A stretch of DNA of 64,000 nt, from the NCBI GenBank assembly GCA_964016885.1, contig OZ024742.1, positions 313,968,001-314,032,000 of the forward strand, read 5' to 3'. Below, one piece after another: positions 1-14,273 of this stretch. The stretch's first letter is position 1, and each line of letters starts with the position of its first letter. Below the pieces are notes generated by a model, which searched no databases, had not been told where the DNA came from, and was given only the letters and a program-made list of their open reading frames with translations. A program made the translations under genes and the position numbers. This stretch comes from Eledone cirrhosa. Taxonomy: Eukaryota.

Positions 1-1937
1 AATAAACCTTTCAAGGATTTACACCAGTCCAGCCTCCTGTTATTTTATTTATAATTAACTCCGTATTCGCACCACCAACTACACAAACGAAGACGGGTGA
101 ACTGCACTGCGTTGAGTACTCTTCATAATATTACACCAGGATTGACCATACGGAATGACCAGTTCTATCCAGTGGTGAATCAACAAACCTAAAGAAATAA
201 TGCTCCTATAATGTTGAACACTTCAAAATGTAATATTGAACAGCGTAACTGACTTCAGTGTACAGCTATTACCAGCATGGGATTAACTGATCTACTTACC
301 ATTCGGATTTTGGCTTATCTACCGCCACCTGATACTACTTCCTTGTCGGGATGATTCCGATTCCGACAAAACTCTACGTATTATACTAAAACATGTATTG
401 TATTGATTGAATTCTCTACTCTATACCTCAGGACTTTTTGTGACTCGCACTGAATTCGGAACCCGAACTTTACACTAGGTACAACCTGTCACCATTCCAT
501 CTCCTCCATCCTCTATATCTATATGTACAACTTGTATTATCTTACTACAACTTGATCCATATTGATTCTTATTTACGTTTATTAATTTTTTTACTATCTC
601 ATTAATGTATATTTTATTAATTTTTTGTTGTTATTTTATTAATGTATTTTTATCAATGTACTATCTTTATATTGGTATTTTATCTTTGTACGCTGCTTTT
701 ATAATTTTTTCGTATTTTTTTTTTTTGTAACTTTTCCTTACTCAGGTCATTATGCACCTTTCACAGCCCCCTACCCACCTAAGAACCACACTACCTATAA
801 CCCGGACTAACTGGAACTCTAAAATAATTTTGGTCTATTTGCACTTTTCATTGGGTTGTTACCTTCGACTTGTGTGGTGGCTTTTTCCCGGCTGCGCGCT
901 GGGCACTCGGTAAGTTCAGCCTTCCTTGAGTGCTCGGAAAAGTAAATTTCTCCTCTTTCGGTAAATGAAATTACTCGGAGCGGATTGCTTTGCCCCGGTC
1001 CCACCGCGTCCCCTGTTTTGGCCGCCACATTATACTTGTACCTACAAACTCCAGGTTTGGGCATAACTATTAGCTGTATCATGCCTCTACTGACACGTAA
1101 ATAAACCCCTAATGTGTGATTTAATAGTATTCGTGGTATAGACGATGGCCTGTCGAAATTGTGGAGTTCCCGCTAGCGATCCCGGGGCCAAAGTTAGCTA
1201 CGTTCCTAGAGTACTCGGAAAAATTAATTTCCATTTCCTTCGCTGGACGATACCACTCGAGACTGGCTGACTCATGTTGGTGGGTGTGTTGGCTGGGACT
1301 CCCAATCGAAATCTTTACTCTATATCCCATCCTAATATCTTATCGAGTTAAACATTTTTTTCATATAAGACTCTCTCCGTAAGTTCATTAAATATTAAAT
1401 AAATAAATCTCGCTACCTCTATTTTTCAATTTACCATTTTGCAATTTAATATTTTTAATTTAATTTAATTTCATCCTATAACTCGCAATATAAGTTTAAC
1501 GTTCCAATCTTCGGTTCACACATTAGACCATACAGACACCCATTATAGATTCTTTGGGTAGCATTTTTTTTTTCGCGGCATTTTCTAACATGAATGTAGT
1601 TTGACCCTTACACTACACTTCTTTCTCCCTTTCTTTCTTCCCCTTCTTCTTTGACGGAGTGGTGGTAGTATATTCGCCCCCTCACCAGATATTCACTGAT
1701 AGTTTTCAGTTGCCAACACTTTGAGGGCGGCTGGTTGCGAAGCTAGTTGGTCAGCCGTCCTCTCTGTCTCTGGTTTCTCGGACCCATGGTTTTTCGGACC
1801 CATGGCTTTTTACATATTCTTTTGTTATATTCCAATACCTGATGACATCACCGCATTCATATGGAAGCCGGTCATTGAAATGATCATAGTATAATAAACC
1901 TTTAAAGGATTTACACCAGTCCAGCCTCCTGTTATTT
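1..1937 (+). mobile_element. HHR-bearing non-coding unit (period 1892 bp) with terminal direct repeat; PLE pLTR/retrozyme-like, continues left of the window
   Basis: 1-45 repeated at 1893-1937 (1 mismatch); HHR at 1835-1892 followed by AATAAA; ends at (AG)n; no long ORF. Confidence 0.65.
1835..1892 (+). ncRNA. Type I hammerhead ribozyme motif
   Basis: ATAC-CTGATGA-(imperfect stem II)-GAAA-TGATCA-TA-GTAT; stem I ATAC/GTAT; helix III ATGATCAT is palindromic; predicted cleavage 1888/1889. Confidence 0.8.
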
Positions 1938-1938
1938 C

Positions 1939-1976
<38 letters not shown>

Positions 1977-2140
1977 AGTGATTCGAGCGCAAGGAGTTTC
2001 GTATTTAAGGGCACTTATATAACTGGTAAGCTATACCAATAACTCGAGCGACAGAAGTTTTATGCTGAAAGGCACTTATCAAACTATTAAGCAATACCAG
2101 TGACTGGAGGACAAGGAGTTTCATGCTTAAGGACACTTAA
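1977..2140. repeat. Diverged ~61-bp minisatellite, ~3 copies
   Basis: recurring gtgactcgag..caaggagtttc..gcttaagggcactta..aact..taagc.atacca. Confidence 0.6.
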
Positions 2141-3162
2141 CACGCTGGACTATCCTTGGAATAATATATTTCATCATACAAAAAAAATAAGACATGTCCA
2201 TTAAAAGGAAATCGATATGTGCACGGGCATAGTTTGTTATTGTTTGTGCTGGTTATGCTTTTATAAAATTATCATTCACTTTTCTCTCCATGAGACTGAT
2301 CATGCTAATTAACACAACAGGATTTCAAATAACTTTCTGGCTGTTCTTTTTAAACTGATTTCTTCAATGTCTACAATTTAAGTAAGATCCTATAGTATAC
2401 TGAAACCTAATAGAAATTTAAAAGAATAATGAAAGTCAAATTTATTCTGGCAAAAATGACAAAATAAAATAGAATATATTCTGTTGAATATTTTATCATT
2501 TGAGAGCGGGTCATAGCAGTTTTGGTGTTGTTTATGCTTCACCATATATTCTGCATAAAGCGATAAGGGCCCATTAATTTTGAAATATTGAATAATTAAT
2601 TTTTCCCTTTTCATCAGTATTGTTGTGGCTTTCATCACTACTGTTCTTAATTTCTACTTTATTGATCTATATTTGTCGGGGCCTTTGTTGTTGTTGTTGT
2701 TGTTAATGCATTTTATTGTTGTTGTTACTGTTATTGTTGTTGTAGCTGTTGTTGTTGTTATTGATTAATTGCTGCTCTTATTCGATGTTGTTAAGGTGAT
2801 GGGTTGGTAGAATCGTTAGAGCATCGAAAAAAATGAATGAATTAAGGTATTTGTTTCAGCTCTTTAATTTCTAAGTTAATTTTGCCTTCCATTATTCCTG
2901 CGTCAATAAAGTACCCATACGAGTCAAGTACTAGTGTCGACGTAACCGACTTTCTTCTCCCAAAGTTGCTGGTCTTTTGCCTTTGTCGAAAACCATTATT
3001 TGATGTTAATGTCGCCGTAGTTGTTATGGAATTTGATGGGCAGAATATTACCATTGACATTATCATTGCTCAGCTTGTAGCTATTATAGTTGTGGATGAT
3101 TTAGTTGGTGTTGTTTTATTATTATGGCTAATCGTAGTTGTTGTGACTCTTATGTTCATTAT

Positions 3163-3715
3163 ACATTACTGCAGTTCATTAATTTAATTTAGCCTCTTGC
3201 CTTCCATCACTCGTAAAAACGCCCACGAAATACGAGAATTTCAGGAGCTGGTGTAGTTATGCGCTAACTTCAGCACTCAGTCATCAGAGTAGGGTTAGTC
3301 TAAAGGCCAAACTCGTTATCTTCATTCGGTGTTGTGCTTACCCTTACTTAAGGTGATGAATATTGGGTATAACCGAGAGAAAATACGCACGAATACAAGC
3401 GGCCGAAATTGTGTTCCTCCGAAGGATCTTTCGAGAAACGTTTCTCGATAGGGTTCGTTAGCCAAGAAATCACGGAGCCGCTTTATGTACAGCCACTATT
3501 TCTCCGAATTGAGAGACCACAGCTCTGATTATATAGACATATAGTTAGAAAATATACAGAAGGAATCGTTGGACAGATTTAACAGGTAAAGCCAACCAAG
3601 AGGAGACACAGTGATAGAACATGATTTGTTTGGATAACATTAATCAGGTCCCTTTGGAGACTGTTGTCTCTGATAGGTGCCTTTGGAAGGCGTGAATGAG
3701 GACGCTGCCACCAAG
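3163..3715 (+). mobile_element. Degenerate RTE-clade LINE 3' fragment with an inverted 5' piece
   Basis: homologous to 7257-7847 and 44391-45196; ~3183-3233 is the reverse complement of the segment encoding YLGVMFTSDGRQEAEL. Confidence 0.7.
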
Positions 3716-3906
3716 CGGTCGTAGTAGTAGTTGTTGTTACTATGCATGTCGTAGTGATTCCTATTTTCAAGATTGATATTGCTGTTATTTTTATTGCTTT
3801 GTTATTGCGACTTATCCCTAGCTCAAGTCTAATCAAGCAGACATATGATCAAAATAATATCAGCCATGATCATACTTTTCTTTTATGTGTATTATGTACT
3901 TCCTTA

Positions 3907-3976
3907 TACAAGGTGCGACAGAAAAACCTCCCATATTTTACACGGTCAACCATTAAAATGTGGGAGGCACCATGTA
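3907..3976. mobile_element. ~70-80 bp Tc1/mariner-type MITE (second copy 34116-34196)
   Basis: TA-CA(A/G)GGTG...CACCATG-TA ends, internal hairpin cctcccatatttta/taaaatgtgggagg shared by both copies. Confidence 0.5.
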
Positions 3977-4280
3977 TAATGTGTCCTTCCTTGTTTAACA
4001 CGGTAAGAATTGACTGCTATTTCAGGAAAGTTGAGCAACTACATTGGTTCAATACAGTTATTGATTATTGATTATGGATTATGGATTAGTGAGAGAATGT
4101 TGTTGTAGCTGTGTATCTGTTATGACTCTGGTGGCGTGGTTATTGTCTTTGATGTTAAGACTATTTTTAATATTTTTGTTGTTGTGATGATAAAGGAGAA
4201 GGAATGTCGGCTGAGAACGATAAAGAGAAAGATAAGAGATGTAGACGAAGAGGAGTATGGAAGTACAAGGAGGCTGTAAC

Positions 4281-4402
<122 letters not shown>

Positions 4403-4517
4403 CACAAAGTAGGTGCGTGAGGGAGACATAGAAATAGAAAATCATAACTATATTGATGGAAATTGACAGAAAGTGTGGATGTTGAGCGTGCGCTATAGAG
4501 AAAACTAAATACTATAC

Positions 4518-4564
<47 letters not shown>

Positions 4565-4908
4565 TATCAAAAGAGAGAGAAGGAGAATGCGCAAAGTTGT
4601 TAGAAATGGTAGCCTAATATAAAACTAGAGATAAATAGAGAAAGAATTAAGACAAAGATAGAATTGTAAGCAAGAACGAATGAAGGACAGACGCTCGCAC
4701 ACACACACAGACACGCAGGGACACACATACATACAGACACACACACATACTCACACATATGATGGAATCATTACACACGAGAAAGGTAAAATGAAGGCTG
4801 AACGAAGAAAAGCATTTATTTCCCTCGTCAGTGCCCCCTCCACCCAGAATAGATCATTGCGATTTCATACAACTATGGGCGGGACACACACCCACACAAA
4901 TATATATA

Positions 4909-4996
<88 letters not shown>

Positions 4997-7256
4997 AAGA
5001 GAAAGAGAAACGGATACTTTTTATTCTTTTATCTCTCCGGTTCAATAAGCTTCTATTAAATTAAATATAGTTTCTTAAAATAAAGACATGTTAGAGATGA
5101 TAATTAGAAGCTGGTGGAAGGGAGTGATTGGAACAATCAATTATAAGGCTCTACGGTATTGCTATTGTTACTGTTGTAGTAGTATCGATGGTGGTGGTGA
5201 TGACGATGGTGGTGGTATAGGTAGTGGTGGTGATAGGGGTTGGTGATGGTGATAAATCAGATAACGGTTAAAGGATAACTGAGGTTTTGTTAGATGGTGG
5301 TAAAGTAATGATTGTCTAGGTGGCGCAAGAGGATGGTATATGTTGTAACAGGAAATGCTTATGGAAGCAGTAAATGGTTGGTATTGGCTGCATCTGTTTA
5401 GTGCGTTAGTCGTAATTATATTCATGGTGGTAAGTACATACTATTGTAATGATAATGGTGGCAACGGAAGGGGGATAATGATAGCTCTAGGTGGGAGATG
5501 AAGTGGAGAGTATATATTGTATTATGTGGAGGGATATGATGCAGTAGAAGGCAATACATTGTTAGTCACTTAAACGTTGGTTAGAATGCTTTGTGTTATA
5601 CGTTCAAATTCGGCAGAGTGAAACTTTGCCCCTATCATTTCGAGGTCAATAAATAAAATACCAGTCGTGCACTGAGGTCAATTCTTTCTCTATATATATA
5701 TCTATATCTCTCTGACCTTTTCTTCTCTGTTCAGAACTGGAGAAGGATGGGCTCCACCATGTTTACCCCGTATGTCACGACGTTGCTTCTATGTCACCAT
5801 CATTACGGGTCCATACATGTATGATATATTTATAAGGGATGAATTTTGATTAGAGGTAGAGAAGAGTGGTTGTGCCCCTGTTATGTTAATATCGGATAGA
5901 GGTTGTTGCATAGGTAATTATTGCAAGGTAATTATTGCAAGGTAGATGGGTGATAATGATGACGACAATGTAGAAGTATCTAATAGAACCGACATATGAC
6001 TAAAGATATTTCAGCCATGACTAATACATTTTTTGTTCAGACGTACTATTATTATTTTTCAAAAGGTTGGGTGGTAGTCTTAAATCCACTACCCACCTTA
6101 ACACCACTACCTGAATCTTGGTTGCTCTTAAATGTATCTGAGCCAGGTCGTGTGAAACTACTTAGTAAAAATAACAAATGAAATAGAAATAGGGATAAAG
6201 AAATAGTGGTGGGTAGTTAGAGAAAGACGGTTCTTAATTTTGTTGATGATTAGTCCAAATTCGATTTTGGTCAATTCTATTCCAGCCGTAACTAGACCAA
6301 TCTTTTCAGGCTACGCGGAGACTTGTATAATCAGAGGTGTCCCTTTCATATTTAAGACTATAAAGGTTGATTTGAGGGAGATTTATTGCTGCACTTTCCA
6401 GTTAAACCACATCTTAGAGGCTTCACCGGCTATACAAGATGGAGGTACGTGGTAGTCATAGAGGCATTACGGTAGGAAGTAGGAGTGTATGAAAAATATT
6501 TTGTAGTATTTCTTTCAGCTTTATGCGCTCTGAGTTTAAAATCCGCCTAAGGCAGTTTTACAATTCAACTTTTCGAGGTCAATAAAATACAAGTCCAAGG
6601 CGGTGGATTAAAGACACTTGTTAGAGGGTCAGATGTGGTTTTGTTCCGACTCTTTGGATTCTTAATTTCTTGAGTTATTGACTTAACTAAAACCACCACC
6701 TGGTCCTTGGATACCTTTAGCAGAATCCACTCTGCCACAAGCATTCAGGTGAAGTCTCGGGTTGGAATATAAATTCCTCCCAACTTCACATGTTCGGAGG
6801 CCCTGGAAAAAAATAAAGGGCTATAGTTTCTACCTTCCCTTCTCTGACTAAACAACGAAATTATGGAAGTGCTGATAATATTTTAGTCAATTTATTTTTG
6901 ATACAGTACTGTTAGTATTGCTGTAATTGATAAGCTGTTTATGGTGGTGATGTCGATAGCTATGAATATTAATAATGGTGTTTCATGAGGTTAAACTTGA
7001 AGAACAAACTTGTATGAATCATTAACGTTGAACAGGACTATGACAAAACACGTTCTGTGAAGCCATTTATCCAGTCACAATATATCTAGGACTGCAATAT
7101 GCAACGTTTTAGGTCTGGAAAGTAACATGGCGACCATGGAATATTTTCATTTCTTACTACGAATAAGTCATAAAAACAAGAACAGATGATAGGCTGTATG
7201 TTATATAAGGGAGACTGAGTGGATATTTCCTACCTCCCTTCCGATGATCACATTGC

Positions 7257-7847
7257 ACATTACTGCAATTCATTCATTCAATTTAGCCTCTTGCCTTCCA
7301 TCACTCGTAAAAACGCCCACGAGATACGTGAATTTCAGGAGCTGGTGTAGTTATGCGCCAGCTTCAGCACTCAGTCATCAGAAAGAGTAGGGTTTGTTTA
7401 AAGGTCAAACACATTATCTTCATTCGGTTTTGTGTTTATCCTTACTTAAGGTGATTAAAATTGCGTAATAACCGAACGAATACAAGCACGAATACAAGCC
7501 GTCGAAATTGGGATCCTCGGAACCATCTTTAGAGAAACGTTTCTCGATAGGGTATGATAGCCAAGATATCATGGAGCCATTCCATTTAGAGCCACTACTT
7601 CTCCGAATTGAGAGATCATAGATCTGATAATATAGACATGTGGTTAGAAAATATACGGAAAGAATCTTTGAACAGATTTAACGGGTAAAGCCAACAGACA
7701 GGAGACCCAGCGGATATCATTCATCAGGTCCCTTTGGGATCCAGCCAGATCAATTGGAGACAGTTGTTTCCGATAGGTGCCTTTGGAAGACGTGACTGAG
7801 GACGCTGCTCGCGTGACCCTTCCAGGAATAAGTGGGCGAAGAAGAAA
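7257..7847 (+). mobile_element. Degenerate RTE-clade LINE 3' fragment with the same 5' inversion as 3163-3715
   Basis: colinear with 3163-3715; ends ...ggaataagtgggc-GAAGAAGAA like the copy at 44.4 kb. Confidence 0.7.
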
Positions 7848-8294
7848 TGATTCGAAATTTGTTGCAAGCAAAGACACGCAAATGTAGTAGAAGAAAGATT
7901 TAGTATTTATATTTGTAGTAGTTGTTATGGTGGTTGTGGAGGTGGAAGATGTATATATTGGTTAATGGTTGAATGTTAGGTAGTAGTGTTGATTGAAGGC
8001 GCCAACAAACTTTGCTAGCAGACAGTTTGAACTGTTCTTGTGTTTTCCTCTCCGTATTACCACTCCAAACATCCACCTACACATATTTCTAGACACCAAC
8101 ATATAATTTGCATATGCATATATACACACAGAGTTAATCACACATTAACGAACTCGCATGTAGCATCGCATGTACACATATGTCAGCAGCTAAAGAGAAT
8201 CAAGGGTAAACAAATGCATACGTATACCCGAACACGAAATATATGCATATATTTAGCCACACACGTATATTTATATATATATATACATGTATAC

Positions 8295-8351
<57 letters not shown>

Positions 8352-8355
8352 GTGC

Positions 8356-8423
<68 letters not shown>

Positions 8424-8745
8424 TGTATATATAATATATATATATATGAGACGGATTGCAGACATTACGCCAGACCAATTGTCAGGAATACTGCTGTTGA
8501 TGTCTTGATTTATTTATAATGAAAGGAAATTAGAAAATGGAAAACAAAAACATCAAACAAGGAAACTACTTGGCACAATCTAAAGTAGTAGTGTTGATGC
8601 CAATGATGATGATAATGTTAATGAAGACGATGGTGATGACGATTTTCCCCCTCCTCCCCGTCCTCCCTTTTGTTGCCTTTGTTTCTTTATTGTGGCTGCT
8701 GTTGTAATTTTTTTGTTTTTGTCATTGTTTCATAGTACGAGTTCT

Positions 8746-9325
8746 TTTAATAATTGTTTCTACTTTTGGCACAAGGCCAGCAATTACCCAGTACATTACT
8801 GGTACTTTATTTTATCGACCCCGTAAGGATGAAAGGCAAAGTTAACCTCGGCGGGATTTGAACTCAGACCGTAAAGGGACGTAACTCTAAGATGGAAAGC
8901 ATGGCGTCTGACCCTCTACCGATACTGCCAATCTACCGCTTTTAATAATTGTTTCTACTTTTGGCACAAGGCCAGCAATTACCCAATACATTACTGGTAC
9001 TTTATTTTATCGACCCCGTAAGGATGAAAGGCAAAGTTAACCTCGGCGGCATTTGAACTCAGACCGTGAAGGGACGTAACTCTATACTGGAAAGCATGGC
9101 GTCTGACCCTCTACAGATACTGCCAATCTACCGTTTTTAATAACAATAAATATTATGGCAAGAATATACACAATCAATAAAAAGAAACAACAATGATAAC
9201 ACAAACAATATATCACAAAAGCACTATAAGAATAATATGAAAGAATTGTTTCTACTTTTGACACAAGGCCAGCAATTATACAGTACATTACTGGTACTTT
9301 ATTTTATCGACCCTGTAAGGATGAA
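8746..9325 (-). mobile_element. tRNA-derived SINE, two head-to-tail ~195-bp copies plus a partial third
   Basis: minus strand has A box TGGCAGTATCGG and B box GAGTTCAAATCC, body ...GGGGTCGATAAAATAAAGTACCAG; more copies near 2800, 22010, 32910, 41050, 41340, 46690, 47035. Confidence 0.85.
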
Positions 9326-9796
9326 TAATATGAAATAACGTACAAAATAATAATCAGAAGATCATAATAGTAGACACAGTAGCAGCAACAGTGGTTGTTA
9401 TTGCTGTTATTGTAATAGTAGACATAGTAGCAGCAACAGTGGTTGTTATTGCTGTTATTGTAGTTGGTATTGTTGAAACATCGTTAATATTACAAATCAT
9501 TATAATTATATTAGTTCTTATAGATATATTCAATCTCTTTAATATATTAGGGTGGCCCTTAGCAATAGGGGGCTCTCACCCCTAATCATGTTCCACTAAA
9601 AAAAAAAAGAAAGAAAAAACGGAGTGTTAGATGACCCTCAAACACCTCGAAGCTGGAACATAGTATACGCAACGATTAATTCTGTTCAAAAGCGGTATAC
9701 TGTTCCCTATCTCGACCATTTTCTTTTTTCTGCTTAGAGAAATTTATGTGGTCACATCCAGGAAACCCCAGCAAATGAATATATATACATTGTATA

Positions 9797-10208
9797 TATG
9801 ATATTAAATAAATGGAAACTATATTTATAAAACCATATTTATTTCGTTATATATATTTCAGGGATATCATATTAACAATATGTTATGCCTTCTTCAGACA
9901 AAATACAATATAAACAGTCTTATAAATAAATAGATACGACATACCTTTCAATCACCTTGCAAGGTGATTGAAAGGTATGTCGTATCTATTTATTTATAAG
10001 ACTGTTTATATTGTATTTTGTCTGAAGAAGGCATAACATATTGTTAATATGATATCCCTGAAATATATATAACGAAATAAATATGGTTTTATAAATATAG
10101 TTTCCATTTATTTAATATCATAAATATACTCCAAATACTTGTTGATTGCTTTTATATCAGTTATAAATATTTACTCGTTGTTAACCCAACAATTTAAATA
10201 TAACTTTA

Positions 10209-10212
<4 letters not shown>
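9797..10212. mobile_element. Fold-back mini-element, HHR family A (3' end of the PLE at 47.6-50.9 kb)
   Basis: 326-bp palindrome 9797-10122 centred at 9959/9960 with no spacer, plus ~90-bp 3' tail; possible TSD tacattgtatatat (9786-9799, 10207-10220). Confidence 0.85.
10014..10079 (+). ncRNA. Type I hammerhead ribozyme, family A (mirror copy 9840-9905 on minus)
   Basis: tattttgt-CTGAAGA-agg..catatt/aatatg..cct-GAAA-TATATA-TA-acgaaata; 8-bp stem I, palindromic helix III, AATAAA overlapping its 3' end. Confidence 0.8.
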
Positions 10213-10271
<59 letters not shown>

Positions 10272-10310
10272 TATACATTGTATATATATAAATTCTCTCT
10301 CTCTCTCTCT

Positions 10311-10407
<97 letters not shown>

Positions 10408-10536
10408 AGTAGAACGGATATTTAATTTGTTGGGAATTCAACAAATATTAATGTTTATAGACAGTTTATAGACAGTTTCAGGAGTAAATATTCAATGATA
10501 TTAAATAAATGGAAACTATATTTATAATACCAAATT

Positions 10537-10594
10537 TATTCTATTATATTTCAAGGGTACCAAAAACTTTGGTACGCTTTCATCAGATAAAATA
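10537..10594 (-). ncRNA. Diverged family-A hammerhead motif in an older copy (~10390-10660)
   Basis: minus: tattttat-CTGATGA-aagcgtaccaaag/tttttggtaccctt-GAAA-ta-ta-atagaata; helix III shortened. Confidence 0.6.
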
Positions 10595-10676
10595 CAAAGA
10601 GTGTTTTATAAATTTTGACATAGCTAAGGAAAACATACCTTATCAGTTGAATTTTACAATGTATATATATATGTGG

Positions 10677-10713
<37 letters not shown>

Positions 10714-10723
10714 GTATATAATA

Positions 10724-10758
<35 letters not shown>

Positions 10759-10764
<6 letters not shown>

Positions 10765-12131
10765 GACGTAAAATAAGAAAATATTTTTTAAAAAAAATTT
10801 AAAAAAAATTTTTTTCTTACTTAAATTTTCACTCCAACTAATTAGTTTCTGCAATGGGATAAAGACAGTTACGTAATCCAACTGTCGAGAATTCATTGCG
10901 TCATCAGGAAGTCTATTCTCAGTTAAGTCTCCAGGCAATGCGCGGACACTGGCGGCTCATATAAAAATAATAATAATTCGGTAGATCGAACAGCTTGCGA
11001 GGACTGGATTCTATGTACCGAAATTCTCACTGCTTCAAGTCAAATGGCCGATTCTAAAGAATCAATCACGTGACACAGAGGCTAGTTAGAAGGAATGGGA
11101 TGGTAAGATGACTGACGCCTACTAACACCCCAAAAAAAAAATTTTTTTTTAGAAGTGGTTTTGACAAGTTTGCTCGACAAATCAGTGATTTGGAGATAAA
11201 TATAGATAATTTAATATATCAACTAACATAAGCGCACAGATGCACGCCCATGCCAGCAAATACACAGGTTATGTCATAGTACCTAGGTGGTTCAATGCAG
11301 GAGAATGCAGAACAATAATATAAAGGACGTAAAATAAGAAAATATTTTTTTAAAAAAATTTAAAAAAAATGTTTTTCTTACTTAAATTTTCACTCCAACT
11401 AATTAGTTTCTGCAATGGGATAAAGACAGTTACGTAATCCAACTGTCGAGAATTCATTGCGTCATCAGGAAGTCTATTCTCAGTTAAGTCTCCAGGCAAT
11501 GCGCGGACACTGGCGGCTCATATAAAAATAATAATAATTCGGTAGATCGAACAGCTTGCGAGGACTGGATTCTATGTACCGAAATTCTCACTGCTTCAAG
11601 TCAAATGGCCGATTCTAAAGAATCAATCACGTGACACAGAGGCTAGTTAGAAGGAATGGGATGGTAAGATGACTGACGCCTACTAACACCCCAAAAAAAA
11701 TCTTTTTTAGAAGTGGTTTTGACAAGTTTGCTCGACAAATCAGTGATTTGGAGATAAATATAGATAATTTAATATATCAACTAACATAAGCGCACAGATG
11801 CACGCCCATGCCAGCAAATACACAGGTTATGTCATAGTACCTAGGTGGTTCAATGCAGGAGAATGCAGAACAATAATATAAAGGACGTAAAATAAGAAAA
11901 TATTTTTTTAAAAAATTAAAAAAAAATTTTTTTCTTACTTAAATTTTCACTCCAACTAATTAGTTTCTTTTTTTTTAAATTTTTTTAAAAAAATATTTTC
12001 TTATTTTACGTCCTTTATATTATTGTTCTGCATTCTCCTGCATTGAACCACCTAGGTACTATGACATAACCTGTGTATTTGCTGGCATGGGCGTGCATCT
12101 GTGCGCTTATGTTAGTTGATATATTAAATTA

Positions 12132-12137
<6 letters not shown>
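10759..12137 (-). mobile_element. Tandem ~560-bp non-coding HHR units (2 full + 1 partial) with an inverted terminal arm; retrozyme-like
   Basis: near-identical repeats, periods 561 and 557; 11969-12137 is the reverse complement of ~11757-11925; (TA)n on both sides. Confidence 0.85.
10831..10912 (-). ncRNA. Type I hammerhead ribozyme (second copy 11392-11473; 3' half only at 11949-11968)
   Basis: minus: acttc-CTGATGA-cgcaatg...cattgca-GAAA-CTAATTAG-TT-ggagt; helix III ACTAATTAGT palindromic. Confidence 0.8.
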
Positions 12138-12221
<84 letters not shown>

Positions 12222-12249
12222 CCACATACTGATGTATGTATATATGTTC

Positions 12250-12848
12250 ATTTTCTCCTCCTCATCCAATTCCTGCCTTTTCCCTTCCTCCTCTACCTCA
12301 ACCATCCCATCCTCTACGTCCTCACCTTCTCGCTATTCATCTCCTACCTCCATTTCCAGGCTTTCCTCCCTGTACCCGTTCTCTCCTTGCTCTCCTTGCT
12401 CTCCTTGCTCTCCTGGCTCTCCTTGCTCTCCTTGCTCTCTTTGCTCTCCTTTCCTCCTTTTCTTATTGCTCTCCTTGCTCGCCTTTTATCCTTGCTCTCC
12501 CGGCTCTCCTTCCTCTTCTTTGATACTCTTATGTCCTTTCTGTCCTTTCTCCTTCCTCTCCTTGATCTACGTGTATCTTTCCTTTCCTTTTATCCTTGCT
12601 CTCCTTGCTCGCCCTTTTCCTTCCTCTCTTTGCTCTCCTTTTATCCTTACTCTCCTTGCTCCCCTTGCTGTCCTTTTCTCCTTTTCTCATTGCTCTCCTT
12701 TTCTCATTGCTCTACTTGCTCTCCTTTTCTCCTTACTCTCCTTTTCTCCTTGCTCTCCCTTTCTCCTTGTATCTATGTACTTGTTTATATACAAATACAA
12801 TGAGAAAGGGCGAGCAAAGAGAAATATGAAAGCAAGGATAGTAAGGAG

Positions 12849-12850
<2 letters not shown>
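12250..12850. repeat. Pyrimidine-rich CTCCTTGCT 9-mer array with an inverted purine-rich end; related fragment at 20026-20072
   Basis: ctccttgct repeats ~12380-12770; ~12805-12850 matches the reverse complement of 20026-20072. Confidence 0.6.
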
Positions 12851-12905
<55 letters not shown>

Positions 12906-12940
12906 CTCTATATATATAGTATATATATATATATATATAT

Positions 12941-13991
12941 GTAGATAAATCTACCAAGAGTTTACGGTAGTGTCCAATCCGTATGAAGAACTCAATGTAT
13001 TCCGGATATCATGGAAAGAAGAGATGTAATGAAAAATCACTTTCGGTGAAAGATAAACGGTATACAGAGTCAAGATAAAATATTAAACAAATAATGAATA
13101 AACAATTCCTTATATTAAACAAAAAAAGTTCATTATTTAACGATCGTTTCTAGGATATATATGTGTTAGAATTGGTATGCATATTCAACAGATCTATGTA
13201 CAAAATTATACAAAATTATACAAATTATCAAGATTAAATATACATACCAAACACATATATACGCCGTCTTCAGAAATAATGAAGTATATTTATTGATAAT
13301 AACAACAATTCAAAATTTCAGGTCCGTTTGGGAACAAAAATTGACCAATGAAAACACAAAGGGTTAAATGCAGTTCGGTGTGTGTATATACATGTAAAAC
13401 CCTTACACATATTTTACAAAAATGTATGTATAATTTGTATACGCATACTAAAAGGATGGATGCAAATACAAAATTTCAAGGTTAATGTCTCTGTAAATTT
13501 ATAATGTACAGATAAGATGCGTATTGACACTTATGAAATTAAGTATACAAATACATTTTTTCATACTCACACATATCCGTACAATCACACATAAACGCAC
13601 GTATATGCATAAATATACACATAACCACGAACATACAAACACACACACACACCCCCACTCACATTTATATATGTGGATATAAAATCATAAGCACATGGAT
13701 ATTAATTCACTCACATAAAACACTGGCACACACATTTTTAGATCAAGATACAGAAATTAGGTGGGAGGGGGGGGGGGGGAGGGGTCAGTATTCAACGGTC
13801 TGAGCAGACTGCCTAATATAGATGTATCTATAAACTAAGAAAAAATAAAAAAATAAAAAAATAAAATATAATAAATAAACATTAAAGAGGAAAGAATAGA
13901 AAGAAAAACAGAAAAAAGAAAAAAGAAAAAAGAAAAAAGAAAAAAGAAATATATCAAGAAAATAAATATATATATATATACACATATATAC

Positions 13992-14032
<41 letters not shown>

Positions 14033-14236
14033 TATACATATATATAAATATACATATATATACACATAGACACACACACACCCATACATAAATATACACA
14101 CATATACAAACACATACATACATATACACACATTCACACTAAGAACATACATACACACACATATATAAACATATACATATACACGCATACATACATATAC
14201 ACACATACACACAAATACACATACATATATATACAC

Positions 14237-14273
<37 letters not shown>

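Noticed and set aside
8746-9140. tRNA genes
   Set aside because: A and B boxes belong to SINE heads; no complete cloverleaf
12232-12948. 238-aa SPC-repeat ORF
   Set aside because: Pyrimidine 9-mer array open in all frames
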